DNA from: Gnetum montanum
Taxonomy: Eukaryota > Plantae > Gnetophyta
Direction: 5' to 3'
DNA: 64,000 bases
NCBI GenBank assembly: GCA_015680685.1
Contig: MNCI01001867.1
Location: 53,438-117,437, forward strand
The translations under genes were made by a program, and so were the position numbers. Numbering within the stretch: position 1 is the stretch's first letter; each line of letters starts with the position of its first letter. This document shows, piece after piece, positions 50,801 to 62,639 of this stretch. Under the pieces are notes generated by a model. It did not search any database, was not told the DNA's origin, and saw nothing but the letters and a program-made list of their open reading frames with translations.

Positions 50801-51496
50801 ATGGAAAAGGGACTCAAAGCCTTTGTGTCATTTATTCGTGCTTATAAAGAGCACCACTGTTCTTATATTTTCAGGTATCTTGCTATTGCAAAGAACTGCA
50901 CATTACATGTAGCGTCGGTATTCTACATTTATACTGGAATTAATGGTACCTTTTAAAATTAAGCTGTGCAAGTTTTCAGGTGGAAGGAACTGGAGATTGG
51001 AAGATTGGCAATGGGGTGTGGCCTTCTGCGGCTGCCATCAATGCCTGAACTGAAGCGGCAGGCTCTATCTGCTGAAGGCTTTGTTCCTGTTGAAGGCATT
51101 GATGTGAGAGCCATAAAATACAAGTATGTTTAACATATTTCCTTATCCAATTGTCCCATCATTTACCAAAGGAATACTAATGATTCGAAGTTTTATATAT
51201 GCAGAGATAAATCCCGTGAGAAACAGCGACAGAAGAATCTGGCAAGGAAAGAAGCAGATGCTGCAGAAAGCAAAGCTTCAAACAAGAAACCAGCAGCCAA
51301 GATTGCAAACGAAGACGGATTTAAAAGGAAAAAGACAGCTAGACAACGGCGTGCTGCACAAAGCATTAGGGATGATGAAGAATTAACCAAGGAATATCGC
51401 TTATTGAAGAAGCTAAAGAAAGGTGTTATTACTGAGACTGAGTTTGATAGGGCCATGGGTACTGAAGACATTTCTGATGAGGATGTTCAGAAATGA
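41897..51496 (+). CDS. RH18: DEAD-box ATP-dependent RNA helicase 18-like (DDX55/Spb4 family), 10 exons, ~602 aa
   Basis: Exons 41897-42400, 42589-42861, 46079-46158, 46245-46350, 47066-47179, 47425-47523, 47607-47696, 50768-50874, 50980-51123, 51205-51496. All introns are GT-AG and the frame is continuous (1809 nt). Motifs: Q (TPVQ), [41 protein letters not shown], plus the DDX55-type [14 protein letters not shown] and a basic tail. Confidence 0.96.
48762..48955 (+). mobile_element. tRNA-derived SINE-like element in RH18 intron 7
   Basis: A-box-like TAACTTGGTTAAAGC and B-box GGTTCGATTCC (48810-48820). Body TTTGCCTACCTTAACAGTTAG is shared with 49720-49972. GATGATG tail. Confidence 0.6.
49720..49972 (-). 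mobile_element. tRNA-derived SINE-like element in RH18 intron 7
   Basis: Minus strand TGGCTCACTTGGTTAGAAC...GGCTCAATCCC head. Shared block TTTGCCCCTACCTTAACAGTTAG. 3' end TGGGACAAAGGC...(GAT)n. Confidence 0.6.
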
Positions 51497-52047
51497 CTAG
51501 TCCAGCATTTTCATCTCTGCTATGTGCAAAAATATTCTTGGTTTCCGCAGATGGAAGAACAAGGTGGCTTTGTGCACAGGGAATTGTACCTTTGAATTGT
51601 AACGTAAGCTTTTTAACATTAATTGAGAAGGCCAAGGGCCTTCATTTCATGAATCTTACAAGCCATTTAATGGTTGTGAGCTTTATTACATGCAAAAGTT
51701 TACCGGTGTGGAGATTGAGAAATCTGAAATGTTTCACAGCACGAATTTTTGTTGTGAATGATCATTCTACACACCATGCGATGATGCTGTAATTTGTTGT
51801 TTTGAAGGCAAAACCTCTCAAATTATTCCTGGGTTGTCTGCCTAAAACCCCACAAGCAAATGAAAGGGATCGTGCCTTTCCATTTGGGAATGCATTTTTG
51901 CCATTTCATAAGAGTCCATAATTGTTGGAACTATATTTATTTTTGGCACTACATTTTAAGTACATCTTGGATATTCTCATGCATGGCAATTTTGGAAGCC
52001 GTTTCAAAGCATATGCTTTATGAGTGCCTGCTGATTGTTGTGCTCTA

Positions 52048-52916
52048 AATGTTGATAAACCTTAAAATCTCATAGCCAGTTGCAACTAAACTGGTAGGCA
52101 TAAGAAATTGCTGCTTCTATGGTTGGAATATTTTACTTTTCATCATGGTGCTGGTGCTGATAATGAGGTGAAGACCTTTGACAAGTTTTTGGTTCCATTT
52201 TGATAGGCAATGTTAAATCAAAAAGCATTATAAGTTATAACTCCACTAATGTTGATAAATCCTTAAAATTTCATAGGGAGTTGCAAATAAACTGGCAGGC
52301 ATAAGAAACTGCTCTTTGGTTGGAATGTTATACTTTTTGTCATGGTGCTGATAATGAGGTGAAGAGATTTAACAAGTTTTTGGTTCCATACTGATAGGCA
52401 ATGTTAAATTATAAAGCTTTAATTAAGTTGTAACTTCACTAATGTCAATAAATCCTTAAAATCTCATGACAGGCTTAAGAAACTATTGCCTCTTTGGTTG
52501 GAATATTTTACTTTTTGTCATGGTGCTGATAATGAGGTGAAGGCCTTTGACAAGTTTTTGGTTCCATAGGCAATGTTTAATTATAAAGTTTTAATTAAGT
52601 TGTAACTCTACTAATGTTGATAAACCCTTAAAAAATTCTCATAGCAAGTTGCAAATAAACTGACAGGCCCTTTTTGGTTGGAATATTTTACTTTTCGTCA
52701 TGGTTGGAATATTTTACTTTTCATCATGGTTGGAATATTTTACTTTTCGTCATGGTTGGAATATTTTACTTTTCATCATGGTGCTGATAAACCCTTGGAA
52801 TATTTTACTTTTTGTCATGATTTTGCTAATGAGGTGAAAACCTTTGACAAGTTTTTGGTTCCATTCTGATAAGCAATGTTTAATTATAAAGTTTTAATTA
52901 AGTTGCAACTCCACTA
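52048..52916. repeat. Tandem array of 4 x ~170-200-bp units with a nested 26-bp x4 expansion
   Basis: Units start AATGTYRATAAA at 52048, 52248, 52441 and 52613. TGGTTGGAATATTTTACTTTTC(G/A)TCA x4 at 52675-52778. Confidence 0.9.
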
Positions 52917-53924
52917 TGCCTAAGGTAATTTTGGTAAGCAACTTCTGAATTATGAAGTTCTAATTTGATTATAAATGTCTATAAAGATTATTCCGTTGCG
53001 GGGAGCCCGTTCAGATGTCTGGATCTCGCTTTGTAATCAGATGGATCTTCTAACTCGAGTTATGAAAATGTGAACGGATCTTCTAACTTGGGTTACGAAA
53101 ATGTGAATGTGAAGCACAGAAAGTGTTCTCGTAAAACAACGGGAACTCCGGTTGTTTCCGAACATATTAAGCATTATTCTGGGAATCTTGACTTCATATC
53201 CAAGTAAACAATGGCAAATGCTTACGGAGGTAGATGCGTAACCCAGGGAAAGTTGCTTTTTGGAAGAACGTAAAATTCGATGGTTGTGAATATCAAGGAA
53301 AATATTGGGCATATATTTATGATTTACGGTGGTGAGTTTTAAGTTCACGTGGCAAGAGACGTAATTAAGCATTTCTGCATTGGATTCATTATTATCGTAA
53401 TCGGATGATGATGATAGATTTTGTTTGTATCCAAGTTTCAGCACAAAAGTTCAGAAAATCTCTCACGTTTTTGCATCTAGCATGTTTTCATCGCAATTGA
53501 CTGTTATAAAAGCTAGTTAGTTATCGTCGTAACAAAACTTTTTGCCATCTTTAGGAATTAAAGGTACTGCGGATGAATGTTTTTGGAACCAACTGCAAAT
53601 GATTGTTTCGTCTCAATGCCGCAATGATGGGCAATTCGAAAAAGTTGCTTCTGGTTTGGTTAAAACGTTTTCACGCGGATTGAAGAGTTCGCAACAAAAG
53701 GAATATCGCGTAATCCGTAAAAACAGTAGTGATTTTCAGTTTTACCCCTTCGGACTAGAACAATTTATTAAAAAAAAGGATCCGGTATTGCAGAAATGGT
53801 ACAGTAATTATGGTTATGTAAGCATTTTGAAAAGTTGTCTTTAAAGAAAATAAAAACTCTAAAACCATGCAGGATAAATACTAGTTTTGGACTCGTATAT
53901 TAAAAATGCATATATTTTTTCCAT

Positions 53925-54440
53925 GGGTTAACTTTTTATTCGGTATTTAATTGAAATATTAATGTTTTTGTATGTGAAATCTAATTAATTAGGTAAGTTT
54001 TAATCATTAACTTTTAAATTTTAATATATCAAAACATGATAGTATTTTACTATATTATTGAAATGATTAAAAAGATATATATATACAATGTTAACTTTTT
54101 ATTCTAGATTTAATTGAAATATTAATATTTTTATATATGAAATCTAATTAATTAGGTAAATATTAATCATTAAAATTTTAATTTTAACATATCAAAACAT
54201 GATAGTATTTTACTATATTATTGAAATGATTAGACATATATATACAATGATGCTTATTTTTCTCATATGTTAACTTTTTATTCTAGTTTTAATTGAAATG
54301 TTAATGTTTTATATATGAAATCTAATTAATTTGGTGAGTGTTAATCATTAACTTTTTAATTTTAACATATTGAAACATGATAGTATTTTACTATATTGTT
54401 GAAATGATTAAAGACATATATATATATACAATGTTGCTTA
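53925..54440. repeat. AT-rich tandem repeat, 3 x ~165-180 bp
   Basis: TTAACTTTTTATT...GAAATCTAATTAATT...AAAACATGATAGTATTTT recurs at ~53927, 54091 and 54271. Confidence 0.9.
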
Positions 54441-54777
54441 GAGTTGAATGAGTGAAATTTTATAATTATTGTAATAGTAGTTGTACAAATATAAACTTTG
54501 TGGGGGTGTTGAACCCGAAATAATTGAAACATTGGTACACCCCAAGATTTATAAAAGTTTATAATTGAGTGCTGCTTAGTAGAATTGAATTAGTAATGTG
54601 AAGTTACTAGGCTACCACAAGGCTAACACCTCTTTGTGTTTGTGCAAGTTAGTTTTTATAATGCAAACAATTGACCTTTTTCCAATACATGATGGGAATG
54701 AACCGTCTCTCCTGTGGATAAAAATGAGTTAGCTATTCCATTGTTTTTGTCTTATCCTTGCTAGGAGTTTGCTATGT

Positions 54778-54922
54778 TATCCTGAAATAGACTTTTTTTA
54801 TTGTATGGATTTTTATCCTGAAATAGACTTTTTTTATTGTATAGATTTTTATCCTGAAATAGACTTTTTTTATTGTATGGATTTTTCTCCTGAAATAGAC
54901 TATTTTATTGTGTGGATTTTAT
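54778..54922. repeat. Minisatellite, 4 x ~36-37 bp
   Basis: TCCTGAAATAGACTTTTTTTATTGTATGGATTTT repeated four times. Confidence 0.9.
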
Positions 54923-56233
54923 AATCATAGGTGAATGATAATTTCATCTATAGTAGATCCGAACTTTATTAGTGAAGTAGAACTTAAGGAAATAGCAAAT
55001 AATTGTGATGTATGAGTTGTTAAGAGTTGTGATTTGAAATCATCTTGATAAAAAATCACATTACACCTAAAATTTGCAGATAGCACGAAAGACAAAGAAG
55101 ACCAGACAGACAGACACCACCAACCCCGTATAAATCAAAATTGACAAATTGTCCCACTCTATTATTTACGTGCAAAATATATTTTTCTGTACGTAAATAA
55201 TAAATATTGCATCCATTAGCAAGTATTCAGATGCATTGACAATGGTACTCTATGATATTCGAAAACCCAATCATCTTCACTGCTTGGAATCCTTAGGTAC
55301 GATCATGCTCCAATTTTCTATTGGTGCCTACGTGGACTTTAAATCAATCAGTACTGTAGGTAACCGGCACCTGCAGTATACAAATCAAAAAACAATTCCA
55401 GATCCATCACATGGGCCGACAACTGCTTGCAGGTGCTTTGGACTTATTTCCTATTTTTCCTGCAAATAATTATGTTTGATCGACTGGGTGCAGACCAAAC
55501 AGAGAAAGCATGGGAATGATGGGATCTTTTCAAAAATTGAATTCCACGGATCAAAACATGTGTTTTGGTAGTATCCGCCTAAAAAAAGATGAGAATGGAA
55601 AACCATGCCGGCGGGAGGGAAGGAAGGTAGAGAATTTTGATAATGCAGGAGCACTGGAGGTGATGTAACATTACGTTTGCTTGTAATGGATGGATGGAGT
55701 GAGTGGAGAGGACAGAGATGTGAAATTAAACTAAATGGAGGCCACCATTTGAGCTGCTGCTGCACAAGGCAGAACATGCTGAGCGGCCACGGACAAGAAA
55801 TGGGCAACATGGCCTGTTCACAGCGAAAGCGAGGCAGCGAAAGTTCCCAGAAAAAGAAATCATCCTTTTTTTGACTGGCGTGAAAATTTGGGGGAGAATA
55901 TATGAACCAGCGGAAACAAAGCAAGCAAAGCCCAGATGAAGATGATGATGAGGAGTGATTAGTGTGCTTGCTTAGCAGAATGGCATTGTCAGTGTGAGAC
56001 AGCGATAGAAACCGGGAAGAGAGAAAAGGAGTCTGAGAGAGAGAGAGAAAGTAAGGGAGTCATTCATCTTGAAGATTGGGATTTTGATTATTCTCTGCAT
56101 CAGGACAGCAGCCTTTGCTTTGTTTTGTTTTGTTCTTTTCTCCCCTTCGGAGTTTTGTGGGTTGTGTGTGTGGTGGTTTTAGTGTTTTTGGGTTGTTTGT
56201 AACTGAGAGGAAAGCAGGTGGAGGCTGTGAATA

Positions 56234-59200
56234 ATGGAGCGGGATTTGCAGTATAGGCTGCCGATGCGGATGTCCAGAAAAGAGCGGGAGGATGACGATG
56301 ATGATGCAGATCTGGAGCTGTTCCAGAACATATCGGAAGGGTCTTCTCTCTTTGGTAGGCAGGATGCATTGTGTTGGGTGTGTTGAATTTTTGTGGGGAA
56401 ATGTGGGTTTTGTGAATTTATGGTGATTTTATGTTGGGTGTGTTGAAGTTTTTGGGGAGATGTTGTTTTTGTGAATTTACGGTGATTTTGTGTTGGCTGT
56501 GTTGAATTTTTGTGGGGAAATGTGCTTTTCGTGAATTTATGGTGATTTTTTTCGTTCTTTTGGATTTGAGGATGCAATTTGGAATTGGGATTAGGTCGGA
56601 GCGGGAGTTATCTGGAAAGTGATCAGATTAGTAACTCGCCGATCTACAGAGTGGCCAGAGGCCGCCGGTTTGATGATCTTTTGTCCGGAGAAGGACCCAA
56701 GAATGACTATGACTGGTAAGTGCCTGTTTTCTGTTTTTTTGGGTTTGGAAATCTTTCAAAGATCTGGAGCACCAGTGCAGATGTTCTTGGTGAGAGATTA
56801 TAGGGGAATTGTCTGCATGGTTTCTTGGATTAAATTGGATGGGCATGCATTGGCTTGTTTGTAGGATCATAGTCCAAGTATAGAAACACGTGGTTTCTGG
56901 GAAGAGATTTGTGTGGTTTTGTTTGTTCCATATATGAATGTCCGATTTACATGCAAAGATCTGGTCATGGATCAGGGTATATATCTTTAGATTTTCAAAC
57001 CTGATTTGAGCAATTCTGAATTTCTGATTGGGGCTGTGGCAGGATGTTTCTCATCTGTTTGGATTTAGCTTTCATTTTGAGTGCAAGATTCATCATTGTA
57101 AGATGAATCTGACACGCAGATGTGTTTGTTGATCAGGCTTCTCACCCCTCCAAGCTCACCCCAGTATTCCCTAAGCCAAAGGAAACCTCAGTCAACAAAT
57201 TTTCAGCCTTCAGGGCTACGGAAGGGTTCGGCAATACCAGGAGCAGTACCCACAATCAAGTCTTCCAAGGTAACTTCTTTACCGATTTGAGGCTGCATTC
57301 TTTCTTCTTACCAAGTTGTTCTTTCTTGATTCTGTTAATTCGTTCGCTCATGTACACGGTTATAGTTACTTTTCCGTTCTGTAGTCAAACCTCAGAAGAA
57401 TAATTTGTTTTCCATGAAACATAACATATTTACAGATTGTTCTATGCGCGAGGCCTAGCTATTGATATTAAACTTGAAACCCTTTTCCCAGATGTTAGTT
57501 TTTAGTTTGGGATTCCCAGCCAGTGATCATCAATTGGCAGTGCCATATTGATTAAGCCCGTTCTTAGTTTATACAGTAGTAGCATGCTGTCAAACCATGC
57601 CAAAAACTTTAGAAGAGTTTGTGAGTCAAGTGGTTTAAATTGAAGGAGTTCACAACAAAAGAGGTCTTTTACATCCTTCAATACTTCAGGTCTCTAGATT
57701 GAAATAAGGAATTAAGTTGCTGCTTTGCTGCAGTTTGTCATGTATTTAAGAATTTGAAGGTATTCCAAGTAGCTGCATTCTCGAGTGAAGAAACAGAAGA
57801 AGTTGAACAAAGAACCTCAGCTTTAAAGCAGTGGACGTTCAGAATCGTCTCCGAAGAAATTTGAAAAATTTACGAGAATTTAACATACATAGACACATCC
57901 CAAAGCAGCTACTCTTCCCGCCTTCCTTCTTAGTCCTAATTCTCTTCAAACAATTTGTTAGTGCCATTTCATGCTAACATGTCAAGTGATTTTGAGTGAA
58001 ATTTGCCATTCTGTTCATGAATAACCGTAAACATCTAAGTACATGGAGCGATTACAGTTGCGATGTTTATTTCTGACCACCTTAAGATTTATCCAGCATT
58101 CACATTGAACTGATTTTGGGTCAAACATCAAAGTGTTTCTTCCACCACTATTATGGTAATAAAAATATTCCTTTCTAGCTGTAATCTGAAATACTATGCA
58201 CGGTACAATGTTGCTTGTTCCAGTCAACATCGGTCTTCCATGGTTGTCTACGGGTCAACCGTCTATAGCACAGATCATGAAAATTGCATTTTTGACAAGC
58301 AAAAAGGAATATGCGTTGTCTTACTAGATCACTGTAATTCTAGCTGTGCGTCAAAGCCTTTTTTGTGAGGAGCCGCAACAGACAAGATTTGGCTTAATCA
58401 GTTATGTTTTACATTTTACCTTTTGCGGACATCATTCAATTAACCGACAGGCCACCGAACAAAGCCATAATCATACAGCTGTTGCCACTACAAAGAGTAT
58501 ATACTTTGGTTGTTCAGCCAGGACCCATGGTTTATTCGGTGAAATGAACCTCTTTTTTAAGTGTTAGAAACACCTACAGGGTAGATCAGTGTGGCAATTT
58601 TATTGAATTGGTTGCATGTCTTGAAAGTAATTAATCTTTGACTGAGATTGACAAGTTATCTCTGTAACAATTATTCCCCTGCACATTAGAAAGTACCAAC
58701 TGGGTAGATTACTGGAGCAATTTTATTGAATTCGTTGCATGTCTCAAAGTAGCTCATCTTTGACTGAAAGTGACAAGTTATCTCGGTAACAATTACTTCC
58801 TTGCACACTAGAAACTACCAACTGGGTGGATCACTGGAGCACTTTTATTGAATTGGTTGTTGCATATATTCAAGTGGTTAACCTTTGACTGAAATTGACA
58901 AGTTATCTTGGTAACAATTACTTCCCTACACAGCTTATGCATACACTCAGCGATCCAACTGGGAGGAGCAGAAGAAACGGATTGTCAGCCCGGCAGGCAC
59001 TGTCTGGATTGAATGGATCCATCAACAGCATCAGCACAAGATCACTCTCCATGAACAGCAGCACCGGCAGCAGCACAATATCCTCATCATCAAGATCAGT
59101 GACACCTTCAAGATCTACTGTAGCAGCAGCAGCAAGGTCATCCACTCCAACCAGATCAAGTGCTCCATCAAGATCATCAAGGCCATCAACTCCAACAAGG

Positions 59201-60612
59201 CAGACTATTTCTGCTCCATCCCCAAGACCTGCAACCCCAACAAAAACAACATCATCACCCATAGCTTCATCATCAACAAGGCCTTCCAGACCTTCAACTC
59301 CAACCAGATCAGCACCAGCTCCACCAGTCAGATCCTCAACTCCAGGCAGGCCAGCAAGGCCCACAACCCTAACCACAGCAACAACAACAACAACACCTTC
59401 AAGGCCTGTAACACCCCCATCTGGTAGATCACCATTACTGCAGCTTTCCCCAAAACCCACAACCACCAGGGAGGTGGTCCCAAGAACAACAACATCATCC
59501 AGGCCATCCACACCCACAAGAAGACCTTCCACACCCACCAGAGCCCACAATAGTTATACCCCACCAATTCCTTCTTCTCCTTCTAGGAGCAGAGATTCAC
59601 TCATTCCATCCAGAATTCCTTCAACATCAAGGCCAAGCTCTCCATCCCCAAGGCCCCAGCACCCACCCACACCTCTGATTCTTCCTGGATTCTCTGATGA
59701 CACACCTCCAAACCTGAGGACGACCATTCATGACAGGCCACCATCAGTAACCAGAGGCAGACCCAGAACTCCCAGTAGTGCTTCCCAGAATCTGTCAGAT
59801 GCCAGCAATAACAGACCCAGAAGGCAATCTTGCTCTCCCAGTGCAACCAGAGGCAGGAAATCAGGTGACAGCATTTTCACAGACAGGTCCATCCGTCTCA
59901 ACAGATCCTACATTTCAGATTCAGGGCTCTCCAATTCCAGTTTTTCCAATGCAAGACCTGCAAGGCCACAGCAGGAAGACCTGGCCCTGCCCAGGAGTAA
60001 CAGCTCCAATTCTTACTTGAGGCGCTCAGCTCCAGCCAAATACACAATGGAGAGCTCTGGATATGGGATGAACTTCTCCAAAAAATCACTAGATATGGCC
60101 ATAAGGCATATGGTACGGTCCCAATTTTTTTTGTTTCTCTTGATCAAATTCATGGTAGCGGCATGCTTACAGCACCCATAAGAAATAAAATCTCCAGTTC
60201 CAGTTTCATAAGACATTGGTTTCACGAACATTTTACTGTGCAGGACATAGGGCAGAATTCCCCAAGTGGGATCCGTCCACGCATGGCAACTCAAGCATCT
60301 CCTGTTCACCACAGTTTCCGGTCAACCCCCACAAATGGGAGGCCCCATAACTCATTTATACCTTCGGTGACCTCTAGTAGCAACAGTAATGGAAGCTCAG
60401 AGCAAACATCAGCGCTGGTTCATGATGACGAATGCACAAATTGGCTGCACTGTGAATCTCAGGATGACGACAATTTCTTGCTGGACATGGATAACAGAGG
60501 CCACAGTAATGGCTATCTGCCTGAAAAGAAAAGAGAGCAGAGCACAAACAGGGGTAACTGTCGAGAAAATTTAAGTGAAATGACATCTCGGGATCACATC
60601 AGGGAATTATAG
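56234..60612 (+). CDS. BASIC PROLINE-RICH PROTEIN (BPP)-family microtubule-associated protein, 5 exons, ~640 aa
   Basis: Exons 56234-56354, 56595-56715, 57137-57269, 58934-60112, 60244-60612. All introns are GT-AG and in frame (1923 nt). Family motifs DLELF, DDLLSGEGPKNDYDWLLTPP, S/P/T/R-rich RxSTPT repeats, PGFSDDTPPNLRT, RRQSCSP and SKKSLDMAIRHMDI. The paralog is not assigned. Confidence 0.9.
56372..56550. repeat. 3 x ~59-bp tandem repeat in BPP-like intron 1
   Basis: TGTTGGSTGTGTTGAA...TGGGGA...GTGAATTTAYGGTGATTTT repeated three times. Confidence 0.85.
58566..58933 (+). repeat. 3 x ~122-bp tandem repeat ending at the exon-4 acceptor of the BPP-like gene
   Basis: Units start AGAAA at 58566, 58688 and 58810. 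Each contains TTGACTGARAKTGACAAGTTATCT...TAACAATTAYTYCC. Confidence 0.9.
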
Positions 60613-62639
60613 CATCAAAACTGCAGCAATCTGATCTGTTGGTGCTACTGCCAGCCATGGATAAATTGTAGCAGAACAGATCACATCCTGTTGTGAGTAC
60701 AGAGAAAAATCCAAGGCCATAATGTCGGCCCCAGCACTTTACTAACTGAACTTGTGTGTGGTTGTGGTTTTTTGGTTGTTGAGAGAAGCTTTTTCTCCTC
60801 TGTTCTGTTCTATTTGGTGAGATCGGACATCATCGCTTGACGCGTGTAAGTTATGGTCTGTGGTGAGATACAGTGCACATTTCTAGATCCACTTTGCCAT
60901 GGCCGACTTCTCGGTTACAAACTGTCCATTTTAAATTTCTTGCCAGGAATTTTTATCCCAAGTACCAGGTAATTGTATTGTTTCTTGCTTTTGCTTCTCA
61001 CATCTTGCAAGGCGAAATTACAAGAAAAGAACAGCATGCTGTTTGAAACATTTTGAATTCTATGGGTATGCAAAGCTGGATATATAAGCTGGAGTAACTT
61101 CCTTCTTGATGACCTAGAAGTTAGATATTATAACTGTTACCGTATCGGCTGTATTATTGCCTATGTTCTACCTGTCAACACGCTCTAACCAGTTGGGACT
61201 ACTACTAAAAAAAGCAACACATCATTTTCAAAAAAAAAAATTCTGTGATGCCTCTTTCCCATGATATTTTTTTAAAATAAGATATTTGATATTATTCCTT
61301 TTGAGGTAATACAAGTCATTGGATGCTGATGCTACTTTGTTGGACATGTTTGTTGAAATTTTCACCTCTCAGCAAAATTATGTTATGCAAAAGCATAATA
61401 TTTAAATTAATCATGCAATAGATTGTTTCCATTTCTTGTTTCCTGGTCGGTGGGCCTTGTATATAGGGCATTTACATATCAGTATTTAGCTTTAATCATT
61501 CATAAGTGGACTCTAAATTCATATTTAATTTGAAAAATATTTTTAAGTTCTATGCTTTGTTGAGGTGTTTAAACTTAATTTTTTGATGATTTTGTAAAGT
61601 TAAGTAGCATATTATTAGTGTTGGTTCCATTAACTATATAAAATCTATTCTGATATCATTTGGATTTTGCATCTGTTTGTTGAAATTGTTCTTAATTGTA
61701 AAAAGAATTTGGTATTGTAAATATGTGATAATAAGTAGATTATGCTAAATACATAGTATAATCTTTTAACTCCTATAACTTTTATTATCTTTTCCTATTT
61801 AAGGAAAAAGAGGCTAAAGATGAGTAAAAACATGGTGCAGATGAGGATAGAGAAAAAAAAACAAGCTAATACTAAGGATGATAAAAAAAAACCTAGTAGT
61901 AGTTAAGGAATCCAAGAAGTCAAAAGCTTCCAAAACTTTTTGACTTAATCTCACATATAGGTAATCTATTCTTATGGAACAATAACAATGTTAACCTAGA
62001 GAAAAATAATGTTAATAGTCTTGTTGCAACAATAGCCACTTTCATGGAACAACAATGGATTTAGATTATCAGGCTTGATTCTTTGTGTGATGTTGTAAAA
62101 GTCATAGAAAATTTTGGTGTAGTTGTATCACACTATGTTTAAGAAGCCCTAAGTAGAATTTAATTTTAGCAGTAGCTTTCGCAAAAATATTGAAGAGATT
62201 AAATTTGTTCTAATCAAACCTTCTTCGTGGAATGAGATATTTTAAGGCTTATTAGAAATCCAAAAAATTTGAGTTCGTTGATTATTTAACTCATGAAGTT
62301 TCAACTAGTCCAAGGAGTTAGGGTTTCAAGTTGAATTCGACATTGCATGGAAAATCAAATTTGCTAGCAAAGATAGTGCTTAAGCAAATTGGGTTTGGTT
62401 TAAGCGGACATTTTTCTGTTTATTAGTTAAGATGAGATTTTTAAAAAGTAGATTTGCTGAGGTTAAAGACTAATTTCACCTCAAGAAGGGACTGGCATTA
62501 GAACGAATGGTTAGGCATAGAAAAGCTTTATCATTTTAGGAAAAAGGATTTGATCAAGGTTGACTTAATCCTTCAAAGATATTTCAAATTAGTGGATTGG
62601 ATAATAAAATCAAAAGATTAGCTTTACAAAGAGTTTCAA

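Noticed and set aside
52675-52778. 26-bp direct repeats resembling a CRISPR array
   Set aside because: Head-to-tail with no unique spacers, eukaryotic context and no cas genes.
52140-52880. Possible C/D-box snoRNA cluster (TGATAATGA...CTGA in each unit)
   Set aside because: No canonical RUGAUGA box, inconsistent D box, no terminal stems and no recognisable rRNA guide.
55451-55924. ORFs upstream of the BPP-like gene (possible uORF or small gene)
   Set aside because: Non-ATG starts, no homology cues or splice support. More likely purine-rich promoter or 5' UTR sequence.
58918-59550. 210-aa Val/Gly/Asp/Leu-rich ORF on the minus strand
   Set aside because: Antisense shadow of the Ser/Pro/Thr-rich BPP exon 4.
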